64,000 nt of DNA from the NCBI GenBank assembly GCA_963744715.1, contig CAVUUR010000006.1, positions 128,001 to 192,000 on the forward strand, written 5' to 3'. The notes beneath the pieces are model-generated. The model was not told where the DNA came from. It worked only from the letters and a program-made list of their open reading frames with translations, and ran no database searches. This DNA comes from an uncultured bacterium (lineage in GTDB: Bacteria > Babelota > Babeliae > Babelales > JACPOV01). The position numbers were made by a program, and so were the translations under genes. Positions 20,055 to 29,853 of the stretch are shown piece after piece (the first letter of the stretch is position 1; every line of letters starts with the position of its first letter).

Positions 20055-20735
20055 ATGATTAATATCGTATTGGAACATGCCATGAGAAAAGTTTTTTGGG
20101 ATAATCCTTATCAACATATCTTAACCACTACGGTTGCATCAGTTGATGGCAATAAACTGTTATTTGAAGAAACCATAGCCTACTCTTTTGCAGGCGGCCA
20201 AGAAAGTGATAAAGCCTACATTAATGGCCTGCCGATCCTTGACTCAGTACGTGAAGGTAATCTTATTTATTACACGTTGCCGGAAGGGCATAATCTTTCA
20301 ATAGGTGATGAAGTTATCATGACCATTGATTGGCCACGCAGATATAGATTGATGAGGTTGCATTTTGCTGCTGAATTAATTCTTGAAATTGTAACCAAAA
20401 AATTTGGATTTGAAAAAATTGGTGCGCACATTGCTGAAACTAAATCGAGAATAGATTTTATAGCAAACACCAACATTACACCGCTTTTTGAAACTATAGT
20501 AGCTGAATATAATGAAATCATCACAAGCAACAAGCCGATTCAAACCGGTTATTCTGATATTGAAAATCAAAGGCGTTTTTGGAAAATTGACGGCTTTGCG
20601 CAAGTACCCTGCGGCGGCACTCATGTTAGATCAACCGCCGAAGTTGGATTTGTAACGCTTAAAAGAAAACATCCGGGCAAATCGATTGAAAGAATTGAAA
20701 TCAGACTCGTTGATGATACGGTTCCCAATGTTTAA
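20055..20735 (+). CDS. AlaX-type trans-editing protein (alanyl-tRNA editing)
   Basis: GGQESD, RLMRLHFAAE and PCGGTHV. Confidence 0.9.
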   Translation: MINIVLEHAMRKVFWDNPYQHILTTTVASVDGNKLLFEETIAYSFAGGQESDKAYINGLPILDSVREGNLIYYTLPEGHNLSIGDEVIMTIDWPRRYRLMRLHFAAELILEIVTKKFGFEKIGAHIAETKSRIDFIANTNITPLFETIVAEYNEIITSNKPIQTGYSDIENQRRFWKIDGFAQVPCGGTHVRSTAEVGFVTLKRKHPGKSIERIEIRLVDDTVPNV

Positions 20736-20792
20736 TTGGTGGTCACGATTCAAACAATAATAAAAACCTAACAATATTCGGGGATATTTTTA

Positions 20793-21389
20793 ATGAATAA
20801 ATTTTTTATGATTTCTTTTACTTCTTTTTTTATGATCATAACAGGTGCTCGTGCAATGCAACAAGACCAAAAAAAAGCATTAGTATCTGCTCTTGCACAT
20901 ACCATACGTAAGGCCGATTACGCTACATTTAACGGACTTTATGCAAATAAAAATAATAGTCTTTCCGGTCCTAAAAAAATACAACTTTCTATCCTTGCCT
21001 GTAGCAAATTGTTAGCCGCAGATCATGAACAATCTTTGAATAATGGAGCAATATATAAAAGTAAAATGATTAAAGGCATCTTTGGCTTAGGATTTGGTTT
21101 AGCTACCGGCTATTTTGTATATAAAGGAATGTCACCAGATTTTTTTCCCAGAAATAACGCAGCCCTAGAAAATAGTTTTTCATCAGTAATACAATCAAGC
21201 TATGCTACCGCAAAAATATGTTTGCAGGCTGCAGCCTGGGCGGGGCCATCAGCTCTTGTTGCCGACGGATTACTTAATGTATATCGTGGGTATAATTACC
21301 AAAATCACTTAATAAATAATTTTTACCAATTGCAATCGATTAACAAAGACATTGGTAGATTAACTCAACCACGGGTTGGCAATCGATAA
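20793..21389 (+). CDS. secreted/membrane hypothetical protein, paralog of 26436-26912
   Basis: Signal (ARA-MQ); shared DY..F.GLY, N.GAI...KM.KG and GY.YQ. Confidence 0.7.
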   Translation: MNKFFMISFTSFFMIITGARAMQQDQKKALVSALAHTIRKADYATFNGLYANKNNSLSGPKKIQLSILACSKLLAADHEQSLNNGAIYKSKMIKGIFGLGFGLATGYFVYKGMSPDFFPRNNAALENSFSSVIQSSYATAKICLQAAAWAGPSALVADGLLNVYRGYNYQNHLINNFYQLQSINKDIGRLTQPRVGNR

Positions 21390-21420
21390 CGTTAAAATAA
21401 TGAGTAAAGCGACAATTGCT

Positions 21421-22155
21421 TTACTCATTATTTTTTAATCTCTTTTCCATGAAACGTTCACCGTTACTATTTTTTACTATTTCATAAAAATAATGTTGCG
21501 CATAGGTATGAATTAATTCTTTATCATGGGTGATACAAATAATAGTAATCTGATGCAACTGCGTTAATTTTGTTAAAAAATTCATCACCATCTGCGCATT
21601 TTTTTCATCAAGCGCCGCGGTCGGCTCATCCAACAATAACAACGTAATTGGTTTTTGCAATGCCATAACAATTGCCAAAATCTGCCGTTGCCCACCAGAT
21701 AATGCTGCAACCTGGTTATTCGGCGTTATGCCAACTTCTTGCAGCATATCAGCATATTTGAACGTAGTAGACAAAGCAGTTAGCGATGGATAATAAGGCA
21801 ACTGCGCTACTGATAGATTATTTGCAACAGAAAAATCAGTCGCGAGCATCGTATTATAATTTTGATGCACTAATCGACTGGTCGTTTTCAATAATAATTG
21901 AGTATTTTTATCTGCAAGATTATAGATAACTTCATTAAGTTTTATTGATCCTTGAATATACTCTCCATCATATAATTCACCTTGCAAAATACGCAAAAAG
22001 GTTGATTTGCCTATACCATTTCTTCCCATAATAAACATGATGGCATCGGTAGTAAAATCACAGCTCAAATCCTTGAAAAATAATGTATCACCTTCGAAGG
22101 CAAACGAAACGTTCACTGAAATAGTACTCATATTATTGTTATAAACCCTGTTCAT
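21421..22155 (-). CDS. ABC transporter ATP-binding protein
   Basis: GRNGIGKST, LSGGQRQ, LLLDEPTAALD, ITHD. Confidence 0.9.
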   Translation of the reverse strand: MNRVYNNNMSTISVNVSFAFEGDTLFFKDLSCDFTTDAIMFIMGRNGIGKSTFLRILQGELYDGEYIQGSIKLNEVIYNLADKNTQLLLKTTSRLVHQNYNTMLATDFSVANNLSVAQLPYYPSLTALSTTFKYADMLQEVGITPNNQVAALSGGQRQILAIVMALQKPITLLLLDEPTAALDEKNAQMVMNFLTKLTQLHQITIICITHDKELIHTYAQHYFYEIVKNSNGERFMEKRLKNNE

Positions 22156-23014
22156 ATTTTTTTCCTTTGGTAAATATTTGCGTAAGAACTAGGAGCACAA
22201 ATACTATGCATGCTTGTACCATAATAAAATAACGAGAATCAAAATGTATTTGCAAAAGCACCTGTTGCAGAATAAAGTAACTAACAATACCGAAAATCGG
22301 AATCATTATGCCATATTTAACCTTGGTAAAAGCTTTTCCTAAAATAATCATCGTAATACAGAATAAGTTAATGCCAAAGCCCATTGAGATATCGGCAAAT
22401 CCATTCACGCCGGCATTTAAAAATCCCGAAATACCTGCAAGTGAACTGCTCACAACAATGCAAGCAAATTGAACAAAATAAGAAGAGATATTATAGTGTG
22501 TAAAAAAATCGGGGTTATTGCCGTATATACTACAACTCAGACCAAGGGCAGACCTGCTAAAGCAGAAAAACATACTGGTAATTATGAGAGCAACGATTAT
22601 CAGCGTTGCTAATTGAGGATATCCCTGCACGCTCGGAATCAGCGATAAAATGCCATCCACCGTAGATAAGGAAACATGGGTACCATGTATAATCATTTGA
22701 TTAATGCCGTGAAATAGTCCCAAACTAATAATACTTGCCAATAAAAATGAAATATGCGCATAGTATCTTACTATGCAGGTAACTAATCCAACAAAAGCAC
22801 CCCCTAATAGCGCCGCACTACTCGAAAAAACAAGTCCAAAAAATGGACCTAGGTTGAGTAGTAACACCAAACTTCCCATCAATCCACCAAAAACATACGA
22901 AGATTCTATCGCCAAAAATGGCACTTTTAACACCGAAAATGCACAATAGGAACCCAATATAAGTGGCATATAGATACACACTTGTTCTAAAAAAGTACAC
23001 AAAATATTCAGCAT
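22139..23014 (-). CDS. ABC transporter permease (TrpY/COG4120-like)
   Basis: Multi-TM, GFADISMG.G motif, operon context. Confidence 0.85.
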   Translation of the reverse strand: MLNILCTFLEQVCIYMPLILGSYCAFSVLKVPFLAIESSYVFGGLMGSLVLLLNLGPFFGLVFSSSAALLGGAFVGLVTCIVRYYAHISFLLASIISLGLFHGINQMIIHGTHVSLSTVDGILSLIPSVQGYPQLATLIIVALIITSMFFCFSRSALGLSCSIYGNNPDFFTHYNISSYFVQFACIVVSSSLAGISGFLNAGVNGFADISMGFGINLFCITMIILGKAFTKVKYGIMIPIFGIVSYFILQQVLLQIHFDSRYFIMVQACIVFVLLVLTQIFTKGKKYEQGL

Positions 23015-24060
23015 TACTGTTCTCCTGCAAATAAGGTTGATTTCAATAGAAAGAGTACTGTTTGATCAAGTATAAAACGTTGAGCACTCATTTCGCTAAT
23101 ATTAATTTTAACTCTAAAATCATGTATGAAATTGCTTGGAATTTCTGATGGTTGTTTATGATCTCGTAAAATATATATAGCTTTTTGTGCAGCTGCAACA
23201 CCTATTTCATATTCAAACACACCAAAGCCTAAAACAGCACCTTTATCAACTGAGTTCAGATCTGAAACATATAATGGTGTATGTTTTCTTCGTGCTAACG
23301 CCACTAATGCTTCAATACCGGAAACAACAAGATTGTCTTTGAGAACCATAATGACCGCATCGTTATTATGCGCTGATAATAATGCATCTACTCTGGTAAA
23401 CAATTCGTGGGTCGCGTAAATTTTAGTGGTAATTAATGCAATGCCAAATTTTTCGCACACGATTCTAAGTTGTTCAGTTTGCTTTTCCAAGCCTGGAGAA
23501 GGATAATAGGGAACTATCAATGTTTTAGTTGGATGCAACCTCAAGAGTACGTTAAGTTGTTGGTCAAAATCATAATGATCACTCACTACAACAACATTAT
23601 TGCCAGAATGTTCAAGACTTTCAACTAATCCAATTTCAACCGGATTTTCAGATACGGCACAACACACTACCGGAATAGAACTTTTTCGTTGAGAAAAAAC
23701 CTCCTTACAAATAAGTGATACCGGCGTTGTTATAGCGCACACCAAATCATAGTTTTTTTGTATGGTTTGATCTGCTTGTGAGCGCATCAAAATACGATCA
23801 CCGTTACCATTATAGATATCATAAGAAATAGCTACTTGTTTTGACAGTTCATCAATAAATCCCTGCTGAATTTCCTCGAGTGCCGGATGTGATACCGGAA
23901 GCAAAATAGCAACACGATAGGTTGTAGCAGAAATTGCGTCACAGGGAGCAATATCCTCATTATTAGATTTGCGCACTACATTTTTCTGATTTAAAATAAA
24001 AAATCCAAGAAGCACTCCCAGAGTGCATAATAAGGTAATTATAATGCCTATTCGTTTCAT
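23014..24060 (-). CDS. ABC substrate-binding protein (ABC_sub_bind/TrpX-like, probably aromatic amino acids)
   Basis: SHPALEEIQQGF and NGNGD motifs of COG2984. Confidence 0.85.
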   Translation of the reverse strand: MKRIGIIITLLCTLGVLLGFFILNQKNVVRKSNNEDIAPCDAISATTYRVAILLPVSHPALEEIQQGFIDELSKQVAISYDIYNGNGDRILMRSQADQTIQKNYDLVCAITTPVSLICKEVFSQRKSSIPVVCCAVSENPVEIGLVESLEHSGNNVVVVSDHYDFDQQLNVLLRLHPTKTLIVPYYPSPGLEKQTEQLRIVCEKFGIALITTKIYATHELFTRVDALLSAHNNDAVIMVLKDNLVVSGIEALVALARRKHTPLYVSDLNSVDKGAVLGFGVFEYEIGVAAAQKAIYILRDHKQPSEIPSNFIHDFRVKINISEMSAQRFILDQTVLFLLKSTLFAGEQ

Positions 24061-24836
24061 ATGTGTTCCTTTAAAACTAACGTATTGTCGGTTATTTTTT
24101 CAGCATGAAAACGCTCCTTGCCCGTATCAGATTTTTTAAATGCAATACGTTTTTCATAGAGGTATTCGTACTGCAAATAATCTATTAATCGGTCATCTTC
24201 GCGAGAAGCTCTGTTATTGATGATGGTAATTGTTTCGAGCGATGAGCCCGAAATATTTTTTAATACCGGAAACTGTTTAATTAAATAGCGTATGCGTTCA
24301 TCAATGCCAGAAATTTCTTGTGGCACACGCGCAAGTTGATAATCGGGAGGAATGATAAGAGTTACGTCACCCGTAAATTCAGTATCAACAATCGATTGCT
24401 CAATGATGGCAATAATCTCTTGTATGATGCGTTTGAAAAAAATTCTGCATCCATCAACAAAATGTTCACCGAGTAATTTCCGCATACCACTATAATAGAT
24501 GGGCAAATACGCGATCACCAGATGATCAACATCATGCTCTTTGCATAGTGAGAATGTTTTTTTAAAAGAATCCCGCACATAATCAATATCTAAAAAATCA
24601 GCAAGTTTAATAGTGTGTAAAAGTTGCCTACTATTATTATTCTTTTTTATGTACTCAGTTGGATGAGGAGTACAACCAAGCAAAGCAATATGTTTGCTCT
24701 CGGAAGGAATAACAAAATAATCGCCCACGTATGCATGCACCTGTTGACGATGCATGCTAGTTGTGTACACCATTATTGCTAAAAATCCACCGATCAGTAT
24801 CGTACTCAAGGCCACAATCGGCATTACTTTATTCAC
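24057..24836 (-). CDS. membrane-anchored hypothetical protein
   Basis: Likely GTG start at 24836 after AGGAGA, overlapping the upstream stop; N-terminal TM helix. Confidence 0.6.
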   Translation of the reverse strand: MNKVMPIVALSTILIGGFLAIMVYTTSMHRQQVHAYVGDYFVIPSESKHIALLGCTPHPTEYIKKNNNSRQLLHTIKLADFLDIDYVRDSFKKTFSLCKEHDVDHLVIAYLPIYYSGMRKLLGEHFVDGCRIFFKRIIQEIIAIIEQSIVDTEFTGDVTLIIPPDYQLARVPQEISGIDERIRYLIKQFPVLKNISGSSLETITIINNRASREDDRLIDYLQYEYLYEKRIAFKKSDTGKERFHAEKITDNTLVLKEHI

Positions 24837-25858
24837 AGGCCTTCTCCTTATATTGTGCATGAACATGATCAACAAGGTGCTGGTTGAATAGCGGAGAAGT
24901 TTGATAGGTATAGGTACTATCAGGCTGCACAATGTACGGATTGAATTTTTTAGTCGGATACCCTTTGCTATTGGTAATGGGTAAACTCGCCCCCGTTGCC
25001 TGAATCCCTTTTTCCTGCAAGGCAAGAATCATCGGCTTTAAATCATCAGCATCTTGATCCATAAGTATATAATTATGGCTAGAATCTAACTGCTGCGTTA
25101 ATTCTTTATGCAGTACATCAATATTAGCACTCAGTTTGCTCGGTGGATTATCCTGCTCAATCATATTCGTAAAATATTCTAATTTTGGAATAACAATACG
25201 AATATCTAAAGGATAATTTTTAGCCTGTTCTTCATATAATCGCTTGTAAAACAATGCCGATTCTTTAAGAAATGTATGAAAAACCGATGGTTGCAGGGTA
25301 TCTTTTAGATGGCGCATATCAGCACAATAACTTGGCATAAACATATGTACAAGATATCTTGATTGGTTATCTACAGTATTTTCTGTTTTTTGATCCGCTG
25401 TTTTGAGCAGAATGCGTACATTTTCTTGAAGTGTTGTATAATCAAAACCGGCATCAAAAAAAAGTTTAAATAGTGCCGGATTGGAAGAATCACCAATATA
25501 TTCGTTAAATTTTTGTAAGCCAGGGACAACTTTCAAGCGATGCAATATGAGTTTTTACACGCTTTTCTACACCCTTAAGTACTTTATTAATATTATTGGC
25601 CGTAATAGGCTTATTGCTATGATCTGCAAGTTTTTGACAATGTTCTTGCAAACAATGCATATACTGCTCAAAAGCAGAAAAACGTGGCGTTGCACCAAAA
25701 ACAGAAATGCTCGATGGTCTATTGCCAATGGATGTGCCAATTGATACATCTTCATTATGATCAATAATAGTTAGTTTTGCTTCTAATCCACTATCCATCG
25801 CGCTGAGATTGCCACTAAAAAAAGGTATTAAACAAATTAAAAACAATATCTTATTCAT
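24829..25858 (-). CDS. secreted hypothetical protein, apparently frameshifted near 25505-25560
   Basis: ORFs 25505-25858 (signal peptide, SA-MD) and 24829-25545 overlap in different frames. Confidence 0.55.
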
Positions 25859-26006
25859 GATTATCCTTGCTAAAATTGTCTGAATTACTGATTTTTTGCA
25901 TCAGTATTACTAGGTGAGTGCTAAAACAACACAAACTCAGATCAATTACATAAATACATTATTCAAAAGTATTAAAAAACAGCTATGTAAAATAAAAAAA
26001 ATGGTG

Positions 26007-26141
26007 TTAGGCGCAAGGCCAGCAAGAATTTTCCCACAAAGCTGGGATCAGAGAGGCGCAACGGGTTGTTGCCATAGATAGAGAAAAAGTAAAGACTGGC
26101 TTAGGAGCATGCCGATCTTTCATATAATACCTATTTTCCAT
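26007..26141 (-). CDS. putative 44-aa aromatic-rich leader peptide MENRYY...LWENSCWPCA
   Basis: GAGGAG RBS (26148-26153); two Trp codons near the end; hairpins and a U-tract after the stop. Confidence 0.55.
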   Translation of the reverse strand: MENRYYMKDRHAPKPVFTFSLSMATTRCASLIPALWENSCWPCA

Positions 26142-26435
26142 AGGGTTCTCCTCAAGAAAACTAAAAACTACTAATTCTATGAAACCATACATTTTCTTAT
26201 TTGTCAACTGTAATTAAAAAAGGAGCGTAATACAAACAATGTTACTAACTTTGAACCTACCCGTAATAACCGATAAAATCTTATCGCAAAATACATTTTT
26301 TCTACTTATTTTCATAATCACGCAATTATTGTAAAAAAAAGCGCAAAGATAATAATAGAAATGGTAATATGCATCATTAATGATAGTATTTTCATGATAA
26401 AAACAATAATAACTAATAATTTTCAAGGATGTTTT

Positions 26436-26912
26436 ATGAATAAATTGTTTATGATTTTTATTGTCCTTGCTTTCGCGATGACAACAAGTATTAATGCCAC
26501 GCAAGAAGAAAAATCACTTGCTCCTTTTATGATGCAAGCGATCAATAAGCGCGACTATTCTAACTTTCACGGACTTTATACGGGTGCACAAAATTTTAAT
26601 ACTTACAAAAAAAAACTTTCTGATTTTTCTCAAGCTAAATTAGATATAGCACAACAAAAAATGAATATAAATCAAGGAGCTATCAATCCAGAAAAAATGC
26701 TTAAAGGGTTCTGGTTTGTAGGAATGGGTTTAGCTATTAGTCATCTTGTATTATCTAAAGAAACAGATATTGCAGTTGCGTGCGGAGCTGCTACCCTTCT
26801 TACGTTCGGAGTACATGATTTGGTTGATGGCTACTATTACCAAGAGTATTTAAAGTATCAGTATGAACAAGCAAAACAATTGCATGATCAAGCATTTGCT
26901 ACACAGAATTAA
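26436..26912 (+). CDS. secreted/membrane hypothetical protein, paralog of 20793-21389
   Basis: AAGGA RBS before MNKLFM; shared motifs. Confidence 0.7.
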   Translation: MNKLFMIFIVLAFAMTTSINATQEEKSLAPFMMQAINKRDYSNFHGLYTGAQNFNTYKKKLSDFSQAKLDIAQQKMNINQGAINPEKMLKGFWFVGMGLAISHLVLSKETDIAVACGAATLLTFGVHDLVDGYYYQEYLKYQYEQAKQLHDQAFATQN

Positions 26913-26926
26913 TTTGTCTAGTTAAG

Positions 26927-28021
26927 TTATTGGACTCGTCGCACCTCCCTCAATAATTTTTCAAATAATTCGTCTGAAGATTTTTTGACATAATAGCTAA
27001 TTATTTTGTCCATAACAATCATACCTGCTAATGCATATGCAGTATAATATACATGCTGAATATAAGAAGCAAATTTAAAGAAAGCATAGCCAAGTGGATT
27101 GTTATACCTGCATTCCGCCTCTTTTATTTTTCTAATAACAGTAGCCCTTTTCAATCTTTTTGCTGACGATGAATGTTTTTCTCTATCGCTTTCTCCAAAC
27201 ATTTTTGCTGCTTCTTCATGATCTTGCGCTGTTAATAGTGATGCATATGCCAATGGCATAAGATCGGCTTCTGTTTCTACACTTCTTGATAGTTTGTTAC
27301 TTTGTTTTTCGGTTATTTCAATAGGCTTAAGGCAAAAACTTTTTCTGTTATTATTAATTAGATGATGATACATTTCAACCGACCCATGATTTTTTTTGAT
27401 GTGTTCAAATTCATGTCGCAAGGTGGCAAGCCCCATTTTTTTGCAAGAACACCGTGAAGATTGAGAAACTACACATTCAGCACACCAACCACGGAAATTT
27501 ATTACACTATTGAGGTAAAGATAAAAGTTATCTTTGAATAAGTAATCTTCAATGTTCGCACTATCAATACGTTTAAAACGCTTCATTATTGATGAGCAAG
27601 TTCCTTCACCCCATATCATTTCAACGTTTATAGTACCACGCACGTCCATTTCATTAACTACTTGTTTAATCATTTTTCTTAAATACGTTGGAACATCATC
27701 CTTATAATTAATAATGGAAAGCCACTGCCCATAAATTCTTTTTATATATTGCTGTTCATTGTTTAATTGCTCAAGTTCATGCTTACCATATATAGCCGCT
27801 AAAGCTTTTTTCTTTTTTTGCTCAACAAATTCTTCTACGCATTCACCAGGCGCAATCCCTGCTTTTTTGACTTTTCTAACGAATGTATAAAATGTTTTAT
27901 CAGAATCACTTTGCTTTAATTGTTTAAAATAATTCACATATTTTTGTGGAACTAATTGAGCCGATACGCATCCACCGTTACTCATTAAAATACATACAAT
28001 ATATTTAAATTTACTCATCAT
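26927..28021 (-). CDS. putative Zn-metallopeptidase (HExxH, M48-like)
   Basis: LRHEFEHIKKNH with downstream ETEAD and H. Confidence 0.6.
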   Translation of the reverse strand: MMSKFKYIVCILMSNGGCVSAQLVPQKYVNYFKQLKQSDSDKTFYTFVRKVKKAGIAPGECVEEFVEQKKKKALAAIYGKHELEQLNNEQQYIKRIYGQWLSIINYKDDVPTYLRKMIKQVVNEMDVRGTINVEMIWGEGTCSSIMKRFKRIDSANIEDYLFKDNFYLYLNSVINFRGWCAECVVSQSSRCSCKKMGLATLRHEFEHIKKNHGSVEMYHHLINNNRKSFCLKPIEITEKQSNKLSRSVETEADLMPLAYASLLTAQDHEEAAKMFGESDREKHSSSAKRLKRATVIRKIKEAECRYNNPLGYAFFKFASYIQHVYYTAYALAGMIVMDKIISYYVKKSSDELFEKLLREVRRVQ

Positions 28022-28205
28022 ACATCATTCTTATAGTACATGTGAGGGTTATGATATGGTGTATCTTCGTTTACATAAAATTTATGTTAAAAAACTTATT
28101 TTTCTTGCAACTATTATATTTTTTTCACAAAATACCAAAATAATTGAAAAATTAATACCAATTATATAATGCTCAACGTAAATTTCTATACTATTTTTTA
28201 AGGAG

Positions 28206-29009
28206 ATGTATATGTGCTGCACATCACTGATCGATGCCCTTGTTATGTTATTAGGTTTGCTTTTTATCTATTTAACCTGCATGGTTGCCGTTGTGCAATT
28301 TAAAGGTGATACCAGTATTGCAAATTTCACCTGGGGCGGCGGGGTCATGCTCGTAGCACTTTACACTTTTTTTGTATTCAGCGCTTTTCTGCCACAACAA
28401 ATTCTCATGACTGCACTCATGGTATTGTGGGCAATGCGCCTGATTATGTATGTGTATCTACGGTACACCGGTAAAGATCCGCGCTTTGCTGCATGGAAAT
28501 GGCAAGGCTTTAAAGCACTCTGCATTAATATTTGTTGGGTTTTTGGCCAACTCATTATGATTGCCATTATGAGCTATCCGGTTTTTGCTGTGAATGGTAA
28601 TAATATTCCACGTGGCATAACCATGCTTGATCTATTTGGTTTAGCCATCTGGCTCTGCGGGTATTGTTATGAAGCAATCAGCGATTATCAGCTATTTGTT
28701 TTTATGCACAATCCGGCCAATAGAGGACGTGTCATGCAATCTGGGCTTTGGCATTACTCGCGTCACCCTAATTATTTTGGTGAAATTTTAATCTGGTGGG
28801 GCGTTTTTTTCATTGCATTTGCAACACCATATATACCTCGTAGTTTATTATTCTCACTTTCTTTTCTTATTACTCCCGTCACTATAACGTGCTTGCTCGT
28901 TTTTGTTACCGGTATTCCATGGATTGAAAAAACCATGATCAATAATCCGGAATATCAACAATACAAAAGAAAAACAAGTATGTTAATTCCGTGGTTTGTA
29001 AAAAAATAA
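28206..29009 (+). CDS. DUF1295 (steroid 5-alpha reductase-like) membrane protein
   Basis: DPRF, E..SD.QL and GLWHYSRHPNYFGE. Confidence 0.9.
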   Translation: MYMCCTSLIDALVMLLGLLFIYLTCMVAVVQFKGDTSIANFTWGGGVMLVALYTFFVFSAFLPQQILMTALMVLWAMRLIMYVYLRYTGKDPRFAAWKWQGFKALCINICWVFGQLIMIAIMSYPVFAVNGNNIPRGITMLDLFGLAIWLCGYCYEAISDYQLFVFMHNPANRGRVMQSGLWHYSRHPNYFGEILIWWGVFFIAFATPYIPRSLLFSLSFLITPVTITCLLVFVTGIPWIEKTMINNPEYQQYKRKTSMLIPWFVKK

Positions 29010-29028
29010 TATGCGAAGGAAATGTAAT

Positions 29029-29247
29029 ATGGCAGAAGATTTTAAGGTAGGCGATCATGTCGAGTGGAATTCTGAAGTCGGGCGTGTTCGCGGAACCATA
29101 CAAAAAAAAATTACGCAAGAAATTACGTTTAAAGGATATACGGTTCATGCATCACAAGAAGAACCGCAGTATTTAATCAAAAGCGATACTACTGATCATC
29201 TTGCTATGCATAAAGGATCGGCTCTTAAAAAAATAACAAAAAAATAA
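29029..29247 (+). CDS. DUF2945 / hypervirulence-associated TUDOR domain protein
   Basis: FKVGDHVEWNSE and ASQEEPQYLIKSD.TDHLAMHK. Confidence 0.85.
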   Translation: MAEDFKVGDHVEWNSEVGRVRGTIQKKITQEITFKGYTVHASQEEPQYLIKSDTTDHLAMHKGSALKKITKK

Positions 29248-29250
29248 TTG

Positions 29251-29769
29251 TTATGGGTAATATATTGTATGATCTTCTATCGTTGCATATGAACGCAATT
29301 GGTGAATTTTTACTGAATGAATAGTATAAATATTTTTTACAACAATTCCCTGCGCCGTAAGAACATCGGCAATAAGTGAACGATGACATCTGAACGGAAG
29401 AATTTCGGCACACATGATGGCAACATGTTTTTTTGCAGCAATTTCAATTAATTTTTTTATATTTTTTTTAAACATATCAGTTTGCATGTAATCAGCAAAC
29501 CCGCGAAATGATTTATTGTGCAATCCCTGATTGATTGATTTTTTTGTTGTGTGCCGCAACCCTGATAATCCGACCATATGCCGATAACCGATTTTTTTAT
29601 TGCGTAAATAATGCGCCAACGTTTCTTTATTAAATTGTGGATTATGCTGAGAGTAGGGAATTTTTCGAATATCGATAATCTGATTGATCTGATAGTGTTC
29701 TAATATATTTTTAAATTCATCGATTGGTCGTGTAGAATGCCCAATCGTGAAAATTATTTTTTGCTTCAT
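29251..29769 (-). CDS. DUF488 family protein
   Basis: IFTIGHSTR, DIR..P.S..NPQFN and MCAE....CHR. Confidence 0.9.
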   Translation of the reverse strand: MKQKIIFTIGHSTRPIDEFKNILEHYQINQIIDIRKIPYSQHNPQFNKETLAHYLRNKKIGYRHMVGLSGLRHTTKKSINQGLHNKSFRGFADYMQTDMFKKNIKKLIEIAAKKHVAIMCAEILPFRCHRSLIADVLTAQGIVVKNIYTIHSVKIHQLRSYATIEDHTIYYP

Positions 29770-29853
29770 CGCTTTTCTCATGCACAAAATATGAATCACC
29801 AATCAAAGGTAAGATACATCAATTTCTAATCTAATCAAAAGATTATAGTAGAT

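Noticed and set aside
28206..29769. DUF1295-DUF2945-DUF488 as a defence system
   Set aside because: Common accessory genes in mixed orientation, with no nuclease, NTPase or sensor partner
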